From a virus (lineage: Duplodnaviria > Caudoviricetes): a DNA stretch of 55,329 bases. A program made the translations under genes and the position numbers. The notes beneath the pieces were generated by a model that saw only the letters and a list, made by a program, of their open reading frames with translations, had not been told where the DNA came from and made no database searches. Within the stretch, counting starts at the first letter, position 1. The number at the start of each line of letters is the position of its first letter. This document shows, piece by piece, positions 25,646 to 35,088 of this stretch. The stretch spans positions 1 through 55,329 of the IMG/VR virus record IMGVR_UViG_3300012582_000006; one strand, written 5' to 3'.

Positions 25646-26509
25646 ATGAGTAAAGCTCAAAGTGATGCGGCAAGAAAGTCGTGGTCGAACAAGAAAGTTA
25701 GAATTAGACGTATTAAGGCTTTGAGGGAATCGAATTCTAAACCAAGAACAAAAGAACATAGGCGGAAACTTGGTTTGGCTCATAAAGGTCTTAAGCATAA
25801 GCGGTCTACAAAAAGGAGAATGTCAGATTCACATAAGGAACGGTTATCGAATCTCCCGAAAGGTGCTTGCTCGATGTGTGGTTCTTTGAACCATACTTTA
25901 AGACAACACAAAAGACGCGTAGTAGAAGGACGGAGGAAAAGTAAATTATGGAGGAACGCAGTAGCTGAAGGGAATAGAAAGGCTCATTTGGGAAAGAAAG
26001 CTTCTGCAAGTACAAGAAGGAAGATGTCACGAACACAAAAAGTAGCTCAAAATAAGCTAGAGTTGAAACAGTGGCATTCTGAGCATTCGAAAAGAATGTG
26101 GGCAAACAGAACAAAGGCGGAGAAGAAATCAATAGCTGAAAAAAGTTCAAAGACACAGCGCGGCCGAATTCCAAACTTCGATCGGTTTGGTCAGTACTAT
26201 GAAGGGAAGAGTGGAAAGATTTGGATGCGTTCTAGTTACGAAGTGAAATTCGCTGAGTGGTTGGATAAATATGGAATCGGGTGGAAGTTTGAACCACATT
26301 CCTTTTACGTTGGTTTAGGAAATTGGAACGGCTCGGAATATACACCAGATTTCTATTTACCTCGTCACGATTTGTACGTTGAGACGAAAGGTTATCTGCG
26401 CGATGAGAATGTAAGGAAGCTAAAAACGTTTTTCAGACTGTGGCCGGCTATATCAAAGAAATGGTATATGTTGAAGCGAGAAGGTTTGTTGGCACTGGGA
26501 GTTTTGTAA
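25646..26509 (+). CDS. homing-type endonuclease: NUMOD3-like repeats + PD-(D/E)xK domain
   Basis: HKGLKHKRSTKRRMS and HLGKKASASTRRKMS repeats; MRSSYE..WKFEP..YTPDFYL..VETKG; GGAGGT RBS. Confidence 0.8.
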   Translation: MSKAQSDAARKSWSNKKVRIRRIKALRESNSKPRTKEHRRKLGLAHKGLKHKRSTKRRMSDSHKERLSNLPKGACSMCGSLNHTLRQHKRRVVEGRRKSKLWRNAVAEGNRKAHLGKKASASTRRKMSRTQKVAQNKLELKQWHSEHSKRMWANRTKAEKKSIAEKSSKTQRGRIPNFDRFGQYYEGKSGKIWMRSSYEVKFAEWLDKYGIGWKFEPHSFYVGLGNWNGSEYTPDFYLPRHDLYVETKGYLRDENVRKLKTFFRLWPAISKKWYMLKREGLLALGVL

Positions 26510-26511
26510 CA

Positions 26512-26721
26512 ATGGTGATCGGTGCAAAATGTGAGCGGTGTGGAAGATTGGCAACCAAGGATTTGAAATGGGTGTCACAGTTGTACAATTTGCAATCACG
26601 TGCTCAGGGAGAAGAGCTGGTATGCGTTTGTGGAAGCAAGTTTTGGAAGTTCGTTGAAGTGGAACAGAACGGTATTACTCCAGATATTCTGGTAATGGAC
26701 GAAGTGGCTTTGAGAGGCTAA
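26512..26721 (+). CDS. zinc-ribbon protein (paralog of 30030-30227)
   Basis: KCERCGRLATKDLKWV...CVCGSKFWKF. Confidence 0.65.
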   Translation: MVIGAKCERCGRLATKDLKWVSQLYNLQSRAQGEELVCVCGSKFWKFVEVEQNGITPDILVMDEVALRG

Positions 26722-26723
26722 GA

Positions 26724-27308
26724 ATGATATTCAACGGACTAGAACGGAAGATAACGAAGAGCGGAAGCTTGTTGGAGAAGTTTGTACTTGACACGGATGA
26801 GCCAATATTGGCATTCGGTGCCGGAAGGGAAAGTTGTACGATCGTTGGTTTGCTGGTTCGATTGAAGCTTCAGGTAATGACCAGCGTGGTGATTGCGGAT
26901 GTAGCTTCACAGGGAATGGCAATTGCACAGGCGAGTCTGATGAAGACGATCGGATTCAAAAGAGTGGAAGTCGGGCCGGGGACTGGTGTCGGTGTGAGGA
27001 AGCAGGATTTTCCGTTGGGAACGTTTCCGGTGATTCCTCCGTATTCGGAAGAGGCAAAGACGATGCTTGTGCGAACGAATTGGGCCGATGCATTGGAACG
27101 GTACGGGCATATCATCGTCGGGATGCGAAAAGAGGATAGACCACCACGGGATCAGATCGTGAAGTACATCGGTGACGAATCAATTGGTTGGTTTGAAAAG
27201 ACCGGTCGGTCCAAGCACATCCTATTTCCACTTGCAGATTGGTCGTCAGCGGATCTGGACGAGTATCTTTTACAAGGAGTGGAGATCAGGGTGAAGGCGG
27301 TAGTATGA
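26724..27308 (+). CDS. PAPS-reductase-like / PP-loop protein (degenerate)
   Basis: LAFGAGRES (SGGKDS-like), IIVGMRKED, FPLADWSSADLDEYL. Confidence 0.6.
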   Translation: MIFNGLERKITKSGSLLEKFVLDTDEPILAFGAGRESCTIVGLLVRLKLQVMTSVVIADVASQGMAIAQASLMKTIGFKRVEVGPGTGVGVRKQDFPLGTFPVIPPYSEEAKTMLVRTNWADALERYGHIIVGMRKEDRPPRDQIVKYIGDESIGWFEKTGRSKHILFPLADWSSADLDEYLLQGVEIRVKAVV

Positions 27309-27583
27309 GTGATGCGGAACAAGATTTCAATCTGTTGGTGAAGGCGGTCTTCGAGATCCAGAAGAACCAAGGCGAGCAGATGCATGCGATCGAGACGCTG
27401 AGCAAGAACGCGGATCAGCAACATACCGACTTCGAAGAGATGCGAAGGCTGGTTAGTCAGCTATCACACACTCTCTACGCCAGCGGATTTCTGTTGTCGG
27501 TACTCGGTATAGTGGCGGCGTGGTTGATCAATAAGATTTGGGCGGTGCTGTTGCCATACTTACAGGCACACGGCCATTCGTAG
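27305..27583 (+). CDS. coiled-coil protein with C-terminal TM helix
   Basis: heptad segment then hydrophobic helix. Confidence 0.55.
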   Translation: MSDAEQDFNLLVKAVFEIQKNQGEQMHAIETLSKNADQQHTDFEEMRRLVSQLSHTLYASGFLLSVLGIVAAWLINKIWAVLLPYLQAHGHS

Positions 27584-27915
27584 GGAGAAGAGAAAATGAC
27601 ATGGGCGGAATTCAAAAAAGCGGTGGAAGAGGAAAAGGTTACTAACGACATGGAGATCGAGTACATCGATGTGAGCGATGCTCCTGATGTGCTGATCGTG
27701 GACATAGATAAGGAGGGAAAGAGTTTTACTGTGAATGGTTGATAGAAAGGAAAAAGAACGATGAGAAAAAAGAAAAAGCAAGTGTATCCGTGGACTTGTT
27801 TGGGTTGCGGTAGGGCGATGGCAAAGTCGACGGGATCGAAAGAAAGACTTTGCCATTGTAAAGATCCTGTGGTTCCGACCAAGGATCAGATCAATGCCGG
27901 ACCGTGGGTTGGAAG

Positions 27916-28827
27916 ATGAGCGAGTACCTTTGTACATTCAGCGGGAAGTACGGTGATATTCTCTGGAGTATGCCAACGGCAAAGTATATCTCGGAGAGGA
28001 TCGTTGGGGAGCAAGTGGACTTTGCGGTAATGCCTTACTACCAGAATCTATTGCCGTTGTTGGTGGAACAGAATTACATCGACCGGGCTTTCATTGTGGA
28101 AGATTGGTTAAGGACACATTCGAATCACGGCGATCAGCCCTGGCAGCCACCGAAGTGGATAGAAGAAGGGGGTCCACACGGTTACGATAAAGAAGAGCGT
28201 GGGATAAAGCCGAGGGCGCCGTATAAGAAGTTCTGGCATCTTGGTTACAGAGGCCATCCGGGAATCAGTGCACCATCGATGCCGTTGATAGACTTTGTAT
28301 CGTATCAGCAGGGAATCAGTTTCAACGGTTGGTCGGTGGTTCCGTTTCTCGATGTCTCGGACAGTGTGGAAGAGGAAGCAAAGATGATTCATTTCTCCAG
28401 CGGTCCGATGAAGGAAGTGATCAGAGAGAAACGTCTGGTGACGTTTTCGTTCAACGAGCAATACGCCGAGCTGAAGAAAGAATTCTTGGAATCGTTGTGG
28501 TCCAAGTGCCAGGGAAGCGGATTGGAATTTTTCAACGTTGCGGAGGTCGGATGGAAAGAAGCGACGTGGCTGATCAAGAAGAGTCTGGTGTATGTCGGCT
28601 GTAGGTCGGCATGTTGGGTGCTGGCGAACGGTGTGGGGAAGACGATCATTTCGTTCGAACCGCATCCCAGCAGGCACAAGTCGGGACATCTTGGCGTGGT
28701 ATTCGGAAATCCGTACGGGCAGGAGATCGCGCTACCGTTTGGAATGCCACCGGCAGTGGCAGCGGATACGGCGGCGGCATTGTTGAAGCAGATCAGAAAC
28801 GAACATACGATGGCGGCGGGTGTGTGA
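27916..28827 (+). CDS. glycosyltransferase, GT9/heptosyltransferase-like
   Basis: GKYGDILWSMP N-terminal motif and YVGCRSACWVLANGVG C-terminal motif. Confidence 0.65.
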   Translation: MSEYLCTFSGKYGDILWSMPTAKYISERIVGEQVDFAVMPYYQNLLPLLVEQNYIDRAFIVEDWLRTHSNHGDQPWQPPKWIEEGGPHGYDKEERGIKPRAPYKKFWHLGYRGHPGISAPSMPLIDFVSYQQGISFNGWSVVPFLDVSDSVEEEAKMIHFSSGPMKEVIREKRLVTFSFNEQYAELKKEFLESLWSKCQGSGLEFFNVAEVGWKEATWLIKKSLVYVGCRSACWVLANGVGKTIISFEPHPSRHKSGHLGVVFGNPYGQEIALPFGMPPAVAADTAAALLKQIRNEHTMAAGV

Positions 28828-29021
28828 TGTGTTGTGAAGAGCCAACAAGAGGATTGGATGAAGCGTGGTGGGTAAACGTTCGCGCCGGTAGTCGGGTAAC
28901 AACGTTCCAGTCCGAGCAAGCAGCGTTGGATTTTCTCGCCAAGGGAATTGACAATGTGCCGGAGGATTTGCAACAAACGTTCGCGATGTTGTCATTCAGA
29001 ATGGAAATGGCGGAGAGATAA
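28827..29021 (+). CDS. hypothetical protein
   Basis: coupled small ORF. Confidence 0.45.
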   Translation: MCCEEPTRGLDEAWWVNVRAGSRVTTFQSEQAALDFLAKGIDNVPEDLQQTFAMLSFRMEMAER

Positions 29022-29034
29022 AGGAGCGTGAAGA

Positions 29035-29250
29035 ATGGCGAAGACCTACACCGATGAAGATCTGGCGGATCTTGCGGACTGGGCGGAGAAGAACGAACGG
29101 GCACCAATAAATGCCGATGCAAAGAAAGCTTACGGAGCGATTCGTCAGGGAGTGGATTGGCTGCTCCGTTTGAAGACAAGAGAACGGGCTTTGAAGACCG
29201 GTGGTATTGACCAAACTGCCGACAGCCCTGAAACGACAAAGCCACAGTGA
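29035..29250 (+). CDS. hypothetical protein
   Basis: AAGGAG RBS. Confidence 0.55.
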   Translation: MAKTYTDEDLADLADWAEKNERAPINADAKKAYGAIRQGVDWLLRLKTRERALKTGGIDQTADSPETTKPQ

Positions 29251-29441
29251 CAAAAAAGGAACTGCTCGCGGCACTTGCGGATGTTCCTGATGATGCAATG
29301 GTGGAAGTTGTAATCAAGGCCAGCTTGAGAACGTTGGATCTGAGGGCGGTTGGATTGTTGAGGAAAATTACGTACCACGGCAAAGGTCCCGGTCGGCCTT
29401 TGCCCGTAGTGTTGATCCACGGAGAGTTTGTTGAGTCGTAG
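29247..29441 (+). CDS. hypothetical protein
   Basis: MTKKELLAALADVPDDAMV phage-typical start. Confidence 0.55.
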   Translation: MTKKELLAALADVPDDAMVEVVIKASLRTLDLRAVGLLRKITYHGKGPGRPLPVVLIHGEFVES

Positions 29442-29464
29442 AATAAAAAAATCATGGGGGGAGA

Positions 29465-29854
29465 ATGGTCGACAAACTTCGTGAGGCTCGTACTTCGGGG
29501 GAACGGTTATCGGAGATGCTAGCAAAGGTAGTTAACAAGAACGAGGCGCGGAACTCGTTGGCTAGAGAACAAGGAAAGCCGGAAAGATATGTCTTGAGGA
29601 GCACAGATTTTTTGACGATCGTACAGCCATTTCTCGATCTCTCTGAAACACAAGCAGAACTTGCTCATGATCGTGCCGGAAAGGTGATCAGTGCGGCACT
29701 ACGCGAAAAAGCGATGATGGATGCAACAACGCGACAGAGTGCGGCGCTATTCGCAATCGCGGAGATCCTTCGCAGGTTAGAAACACCCGGAATAAATGAG
29801 TTTGGTGAACTTGTTTTACATCATGATGATAAGACGGAAGCGAGTGGGGCTTGA
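29465..29854 (+). CDS. hypothetical protein
   Basis: ORF with RBS. Confidence 0.55.
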   Translation: MVDKLREARTSGERLSEMLAKVVNKNEARNSLAREQGKPERYVLRSTDFLTIVQPFLDLSETQAELAHDRAGKVISAALREKAMMDATTRQSAALFAIAEILRRLETPGINEFGELVLHHDDKTEASGA

Positions 29855-30075
29855 TGCGGATCGCGGAAATGTATTTGGTATGCTGTAACTGCAAAAGGAT
29901 TCCAGAATGGACAACGATGGTGGTGAAGCGGAATGAAAAAGGAGAGACCGTCAAGTATTACGAATTCGAAGGGGCTTGTCATTTTTGCAAAGGGATGCGG
30001 TTCGAAGTGGTGGAAGTAAGGAGTCAGGAATGGCAACGGTCGTCTGTGTCAAGTGCGATGAATGCGGTCGGCTAG
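29851..30075 (+). CDS. zinc-ribbon protein
   Basis: CCNC...CHFC. Confidence 0.5.
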   Translation: MMRIAEMYLVCCNCKRIPEWTTMVVKRNEKGETVKYYEFEGACHFCKGMRFEVVEVRSQEWQRSSVSSAMNAVG

Positions 30076-30227
30076 CGACGAAGGATTTGCAATGGGTGCG
30101 GGTCGAGGAAACAAGGGAAGAAGTGTTGCTGTGTATTTGCGGAAACAGAAAGTGGAAATTCATGGAGATGTCTTCGAGGTTTATCGGGGATGATACTTTG
30201 GTCGTAAGCGCGGCGGTCGCGGAATGA
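30030..30227 (+). CDS. zinc-ribbon protein (paralog of 26512-26721)
   Basis: KCDECGRLATKDLQWV...CICGNRKWKF; AAGGAG RBS. Confidence 0.65.
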   Translation: MATVVCVKCDECGRLATKDLQWVRVEETREEVLLCICGNRKWKFMEMSSRFIGDDTLVVSAAVAE

Positions 30228-30436
30228 ATCTTACTGCCGGAGAACGGGAGAAGTTTGCGATCTATCTGACGCAGGTTGCGGCTGACGACGAGAAGTTAGT
30301 TGCGCAGTTATGGCAAATGCCTGCCGGTTCGGTCATGGCAAAGAGATACGAAAGGGAAGCGGAGGCTTGCCGGATCGTGGCGGAGTTGTTGGGGAAGATA
30401 GAGACTGTGGAAATAAAAGGAGAGAAAAAAGAATGA
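30224..30436 (+). CDS. hypothetical protein
   Basis: coupled ORF. Confidence 0.55.
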   Translation: MNLTAGEREKFAIYLTQVAADDEKLVAQLWQMPAGSVMAKRYEREAEACRIVAELLGKIETVEIKGEKKE

Positions 30437-31845
30437 CAATGTATCCGAACAGGACGGGGTTGATGATCGGGATTCCATTGAGCGGAAATCTGTTGGTACC
30501 GGAGTGGTCGTTTTCATTCCATTCGTTGCATCCACCAATGGACTACAATGTCGAGTATGCGATGGTAAAGGGTCGAAAGGTGGACGAGGCCAGAAACCAA
30601 ATAGCACAGACGGCGGTGGACAAGAACATCAAGTATCTGTTCTTCCTGGACGAAGACGTGACGGTACCGGCACACGCCATCAGGCAGTTGATCTATCACA
30701 TGGAGCATTTTCCAAAGGTCGCGGTGGCCGGTGGGATCTATTGTCACAAGTCACCGCCGGCAATGCCGATGATCTTCAGAGGCAATGGTGCCGGACCATA
30801 TTGGGATTGGAAAATCGGGGAAGTTTTCGATGTGTCGGGAATCGGTATGGGTTGTGCGCTGATTAGAATAGATGCTTTGAAAACGATCGAGAAGCCTTGG
30901 TTCAAGACCATCGACTCTGTTGAAGCCTACATGAACGGCGTGCCGATGGGTGAGCTGTGGACCGAGGATCTGTATTTCTGCGACAAGGTTACGAAAGCTG
31001 GTTTCAATGTAATTGCTGACGGCGGATTACTTTGCGACCATTGGGATCCAGCGACGAGAACGCCGGTGAATTTGCCTCCACATGCAAAGCCTTTCAGGAG
31101 ACCGGAAGTGGAGAGGGGCGGAAAGAAAATAGTTGACCTTGGTTCAGGTCCGGAGAAGGATAGTTATCATACCGAAGAAGGAACGGTACTGCGGGTTGAC
31201 ATCCGGGAAGACGTACAGCCGGACTATCGCTGCGATTTGAGAGTATTGCCCTTCGGCAACAAGGAATTCGATATCGTGTTCTCCAGTCATACGTTGGAAC
31301 ATTTCGAGCGGAAGGAAATTCCAGCGGTGCTGGATGAGTGGATCAGAATCCTGAAAGACGAAGGGGAATTCAGATTGGTATTGCCGAATTTGAAATGGGC
31401 GGCTCAGCACGTGATGAACGACGAGATCGACAACGATGTGATGAACGTGTTGTACGGACAGCAGTCGTACGAGTACAATTTTCACAAGACCGGATTCACG
31501 CAGCAGATCGTGGAGCAGTTGCTGGCCGAACGGGGATTCAAGAAGTTCATTTGGGACACACACAACTATCATATGTTCGTGCGGGCGTGGAAAGTTGTTC
31601 CCCAGGAACTGGTCGATGCCGGACTACTGGAAGTCGGTAAGGTGGCTCCGATCGTGCGGATTGCAGATGCCGGAGTTGTGGAAGGAGAAAATGGACCGGA
31701 ATTGTTACCGATCTCCAGTGAGAAGCAAGAGCAGGGTGCTTGGACCGTGCGACAGCCGGTTTTTGAATCAACTGGTTCGACGAAGTTGGCGGAAGTCGGA
31801 ATCTTCGTAGAGGATGGGGAAGTGTTAAAGCGGCTGGAAGAATAA
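30433..31845 (+). CDS. GT-A glycosyltransferase fused to class I SAM methyltransferase
   Basis: ARNQI..YLFFLDEDV, GMGCALI, TEDLYFC; then VDLGSG, VDIR, SSHTLEH, WIRILK. Confidence 0.85.
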   Translation: MTMYPNRTGLMIGIPLSGNLLVPEWSFSFHSLHPPMDYNVEYAMVKGRKVDEARNQIAQTAVDKNIKYLFFLDEDVTVPAHAIRQLIYHMEHFPKVAVAGGIYCHKSPPAMPMIFRGNGAGPYWDWKIGEVFDVSGIGMGCALIRIDALKTIEKPWFKTIDSVEAYMNGVPMGELWTEDLYFCDKVTKAGFNVIADGGLLCDHWDPATRTPVNLPPHAKPFRRPEVERGGKKIVDLGSGPEKDSYHTEEGTVLRVDIREDVQPDYRCDLRVLPFGNKEFDIVFSSHTLEHFERKEIPAVLDEWIRILKDEGEFRLVLPNLKWAAQHVMNDEIDNDVMNVLYGQQSYEYNFHKTGFTQQIVEQLLAERGFKKFIWDTHNYHMFVRAWKVVPQELVDAGLLEVGKVAPIVRIADAGVVEGENGPELLPISSEKQEQGAWTVRQPVFESTGSTKLAEVGIFVEDGEVLKRLEE

Positions 31846-32418
31846 ATGGCGACTCAGCTTTATGTGATGCCCGTAACGGGCATAGGCACGGAAGAGGATT
31901 CCAGAAGACCAAAGTATGCGGATACGGACTTGGCGGGATTTAATTGGGCGGCAATGGATTTTGGAAACGAGCCGATGATGTTGGTGGCTACGGAAACAAA
32001 TGCGGCATTAGGAGCGGAACCAGATGTGTTGACCGTACCATTGAATCTGGATCAGAACTTGGGAGCCGGCGCGGTAACTGTGGTACAGAACTATCTGGAA
32101 GCTAGATTCATTCCGGCGGATTGGGTGACAACGTCATTGACGTACAGACAAGTATTGAGATCGGTCGTTGCGATCTTTACAGTGATGCAAAGGGCGCAAG
32201 GACTGGGATTGGCTAGACTGCTGGACGGAAGTTCGGTATCGTTGTCGACAACGTTCGGTTCGCTCCCGCAGCCGGTAAGGGCAAAACTAGTGGCGGCGGC
32301 ACAAAGTTTACATTTCGATACAAGTAGTTTGAGTGGGGCTTCGACACTTAGACAAATTTTCAAAGCGCTGATGGTACAATTCTCGGGATCGATCGTGCTG
32401 ATGGATTTGACGATATGA
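31846..32418 (+). CDS. hypothetical, probable virion-associated protein
   Basis: first of a run of structural-looking genes. Confidence 0.5.
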   Translation: MATQLYVMPVTGIGTEEDSRRPKYADTDLAGFNWAAMDFGNEPMMLVATETNAALGAEPDVLTVPLNLDQNLGAGAVTVVQNYLEARFIPADWVTTSLTYRQVLRSVVAIFTVMQRAQGLGLARLLDGSSVSLSTTFGSLPQPVRAKLVAAAQSLHFDTSSLSGASTLRQIFKALMVQFSGSIVLMDLTI

Positions 32419-33029
32419 GTTTTCCATTATTTGGAATCGTCGACGATTTTACCAGGGCGAACGAGACGCCGCTGGCTGGGAATTGGTCTACGCCCATTGA
32501 TGTAGCGGATGTTTCTCACAATTTGGTCAGTAATCAGGTAAGAACAGGGACTTCATCTCGTGCTTCGAATTGGTGGAATGTCGATATATTCGGTCCCGAT
32601 GCAGAAGCCTACATGGATTTTGTTACTGCCGGAAATGGGGCGAGACGATTCGTTTTGTGGATCAAGACTGCTAATGAAAATACAGGTAGTCTGAACGGCT
32701 ATACGTTGGTGGTAAATAGTACGGGTGCATGGCTTTTGAATAAGGTTGTGGCGGGTGCATCGACCAATCTTGCCACTCTATCCGGCCATGGTGCCCAAGC
32801 AAAAATGGGAATAAACTGGATCAGTGGTGTTGTTTCCACGTTTGAGTTCGTCGGAAGTTGGAATCAAACTCCGGTTCAGCAGGTAACTGACAACGCTGTT
32901 CCTGGTGCCGGCCATATCGGATTTGGTCAGACGTCCGGGGCTACGACATCTTCGATCTTCGATAATTTCGGAGGGGGCGGTACGGGACTAGATACATTTT
33001 CGACGGTCAACCAGCTGAGTTTGTCGTGA
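32415..33029 (+). CDS. beta-sandwich (lectin/LamG-like) tail protein
   Basis: DDFTRAN..LAGNW...GHIG...FDNFGGG; related to 35089-35889. Confidence 0.55.
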   Translation: MSFPLFGIVDDFTRANETPLAGNWSTPIDVADVSHNLVSNQVRTGTSSRASNWWNVDIFGPDAEAYMDFVTAGNGARRFVLWIKTANENTGSLNGYTLVVNSTGAWLLNKVVAGASTNLATLSGHGAQAKMGINWISGVVSTFEFVGSWNQTPVQQVTDNAVPGAGHIGFGQTSGATTSSIFDNFGGGGTGLDTFSTVNQLSLS

Positions 33030-33056
33030 GACTGGTTTTGTAAAGATGGCTAAAGA

Positions 33057-35087
33057 ATGACACAACGGATCAATCAAGAGTGGATGGAGGCGATAACCCA
33101 CCAGGATTCGGTGGTGGTGGGGATTGGTTTGCAGCTTAAGGATAATCTGTCATTGCCTTGGCAGGATGGGGTTTCCTTCTTTAAGACTGTAAGTGCGGGT
33201 GCTGGTCAGGTCAGTCAGGCGCGATTCTCCGAAGATTTGTTGATGGGTCCGCAAGGCGATCTGGTTACGATGTCATTGCAGATCAGATTATCATTAACAG
33301 ATAATTTGAATGACAGGGCATCGGGAGCCGGTTGGCTGGATCAGTACAGTTGGATGGCACCGGGCTTCCATTTAACCGGACCAACTAGAGATCCAAATTC
33401 TTTTGGAAACTTGTCTGAAAGAATTTGGATGAACGATGCTCAGTCTTCTTTCCTTGTCGGAAATAAATTTCTGACACTTTCGGATAATTTGAATTATTGG
33501 TTGGATCCAATTTTGTCGTTGGTAGACGAGTGGGATCTTGCACTAGGGTGTGCACACCTTGGTCAGAACTGGTTGGATGCGGCAAAGTCCGTCCTTGGTT
33601 TGTTGGAGACGCTATCCGACGCAATGACGTTGACGGATGCGAGTGGTATTGAATACGGGTTGCAGATTACAGACGGACTGTCGTTGTCAGATCAGTTGTC
33701 GATTGGCTACGGAAATCTGGTATCCGACCAGATCATATTGACGGATTCATTTGCATCGGTTCTTGGAGGTGGTGAATTAGACGAAGTGATGCCGGATCAG
33801 TTGGTACTATCGGATGAACCGGCAATTGGTTATGGAGATTTGATAACCGATACGATGACGTTGTCGGATTCGGTTGTACTTCTCTTCACGTTGTCAAGTA
33901 CGTTCTCGGAAACGCTGACGATCACTGACGCGGTTGGTCTTGGCTACGGATTCCAGATAGCGGATACAGGGACGTTGTCGGATAATTTCGTTCTGGTATT
34001 TGGGATCGTCGAGCTGTTCTCGGATCAGCTATCATTCTCGGATTCAATCGCAATTGGTTACGGCAACGCGGTAACGGATCAGTTGTCATTCTCGGATTCA
34101 GTTGTAATTGGATATGGGGATCAGGTAACGGATACGATGTCGTTGTCGGATTCCTTGAAGATCGGTTACGGATTACTCTTTACCGATCAGATGTCGTTAG
34201 CCGATTCAATGAGCTTCCAGTTGCTGGGGGCTTTGATCTCGTTGTTCCTATCCGACACGCTGACAATGTCGGATGCGTTGGGAATTGGTTACGGAGAAGG
34301 AAATGTAGATCAATTGACATTCTCCGATTCATCTGGAGTTGGTTACGGAGATCTGATTTCGGATGTTTTGTCCTTGACGGATTCGGCGAAGGTGGTTCTC
34401 GGACAGAACGAATTGTTGGTAGACACAATTACGTTCTCCGATTCTTTGAAGATCGGTTATGGGTTGCTCTTCACCGATCAGTTGACAATGTCGGATGCGA
34501 TGGTATTCTTCCCGGGATGGGCGCCGGGAGATCAGATGGTATTCGTCGAGCAGGTTGGAATCGGATACGGGATGTTCATTTCCGATTCACTGAACAACTG
34601 GCTCGAGATATTCCAGTCTGGTCAGCCAGCAATTACTTTGATTCTGACGGATCAGATGTCTTTTTCGGAATCGTTGGGTGCCGGTTACGGTTGCTTGGTA
34701 AAAGATCAGGGGTCGATGGCGGATCAGGCGTCGTTCCTGGAATCGATGCTGCTACTGATTGCGGATGCGACACCAACGCAGTTGGATGCTCTGCAAGCGC
34801 TATTGACATTCGGCTTGCAAGTAAACGACGTAGTTGTTTTTCAGGAACAGTTGACAACGATGTGGGGGATGTTGGTCGGTACGGAATCACTAGTACTGTC
34901 AGACCAGTTGAACATATCGTTGCAGTATGCTTTGGCCTTGGCACTGTCGGATCAGGAAACGGCTGCCTGGCTAGATGCGGTAATTACGTTAATGGTCTTT
35001 TCGCCGGGCAAGATAGTTCTTAGTTCGTTGAGTGTACTGGGTGAGATACAGGCACAGGATCTAAAAGTAGGACAAGGATCGACGTGA
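33057..35087 (+). CDS. repetitive tail fibre/shaft protein with about 18-aa Ser/Thr/Asp-rich repeats
   Basis: repeats such as GYGNAVTDQLSFSDSVVI, GYGDQVTDTMSLSDSLKI. Confidence 0.65.
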   Translation: MTQRINQEWMEAITHQDSVVVGIGLQLKDNLSLPWQDGVSFFKTVSAGAGQVSQARFSEDLLMGPQGDLVTMSLQIRLSLTDNLNDRASGAGWLDQYSWMAPGFHLTGPTRDPNSFGNLSERIWMNDAQSSFLVGNKFLTLSDNLNYWLDPILSLVDEWDLALGCAHLGQNWLDAAKSVLGLLETLSDAMTLTDASGIEYGLQITDGLSLSDQLSIGYGNLVSDQIILTDSFASVLGGGELDEVMPDQLVLSDEPAIGYGDLITDTMTLSDSVVLLFTLSSTFSETLTITDAVGLGYGFQIADTGTLSDNFVLVFGIVELFSDQLSFSDSIAIGYGNAVTDQLSFSDSVVIGYGDQVTDTMSLSDSLKIGYGLLFTDQMSLADSMSFQLLGALISLFLSDTLTMSDALGIGYGEGNVDQLTFSDSSGVGYGDLISDVLSLTDSAKVVLGQNELLVDTITFSDSLKIGYGLLFTDQLTMSDAMVFFPGWAPGDQMVFVEQVGIGYGMFISDSLNNWLEIFQSGQPAITLILTDQMSFSESLGAGYGCLVKDQGSMADQASFLESMLLLIADATPTQLDALQALLTFGLQVNDVVVFQEQLTTMWGMLVGTESLVLSDQLNISLQYALALALSDQETAAWLDAVITLMVFSPGKIVLSSLSVLGEIQAQDLKVGQGST

Positions 35088-35088
35088 G

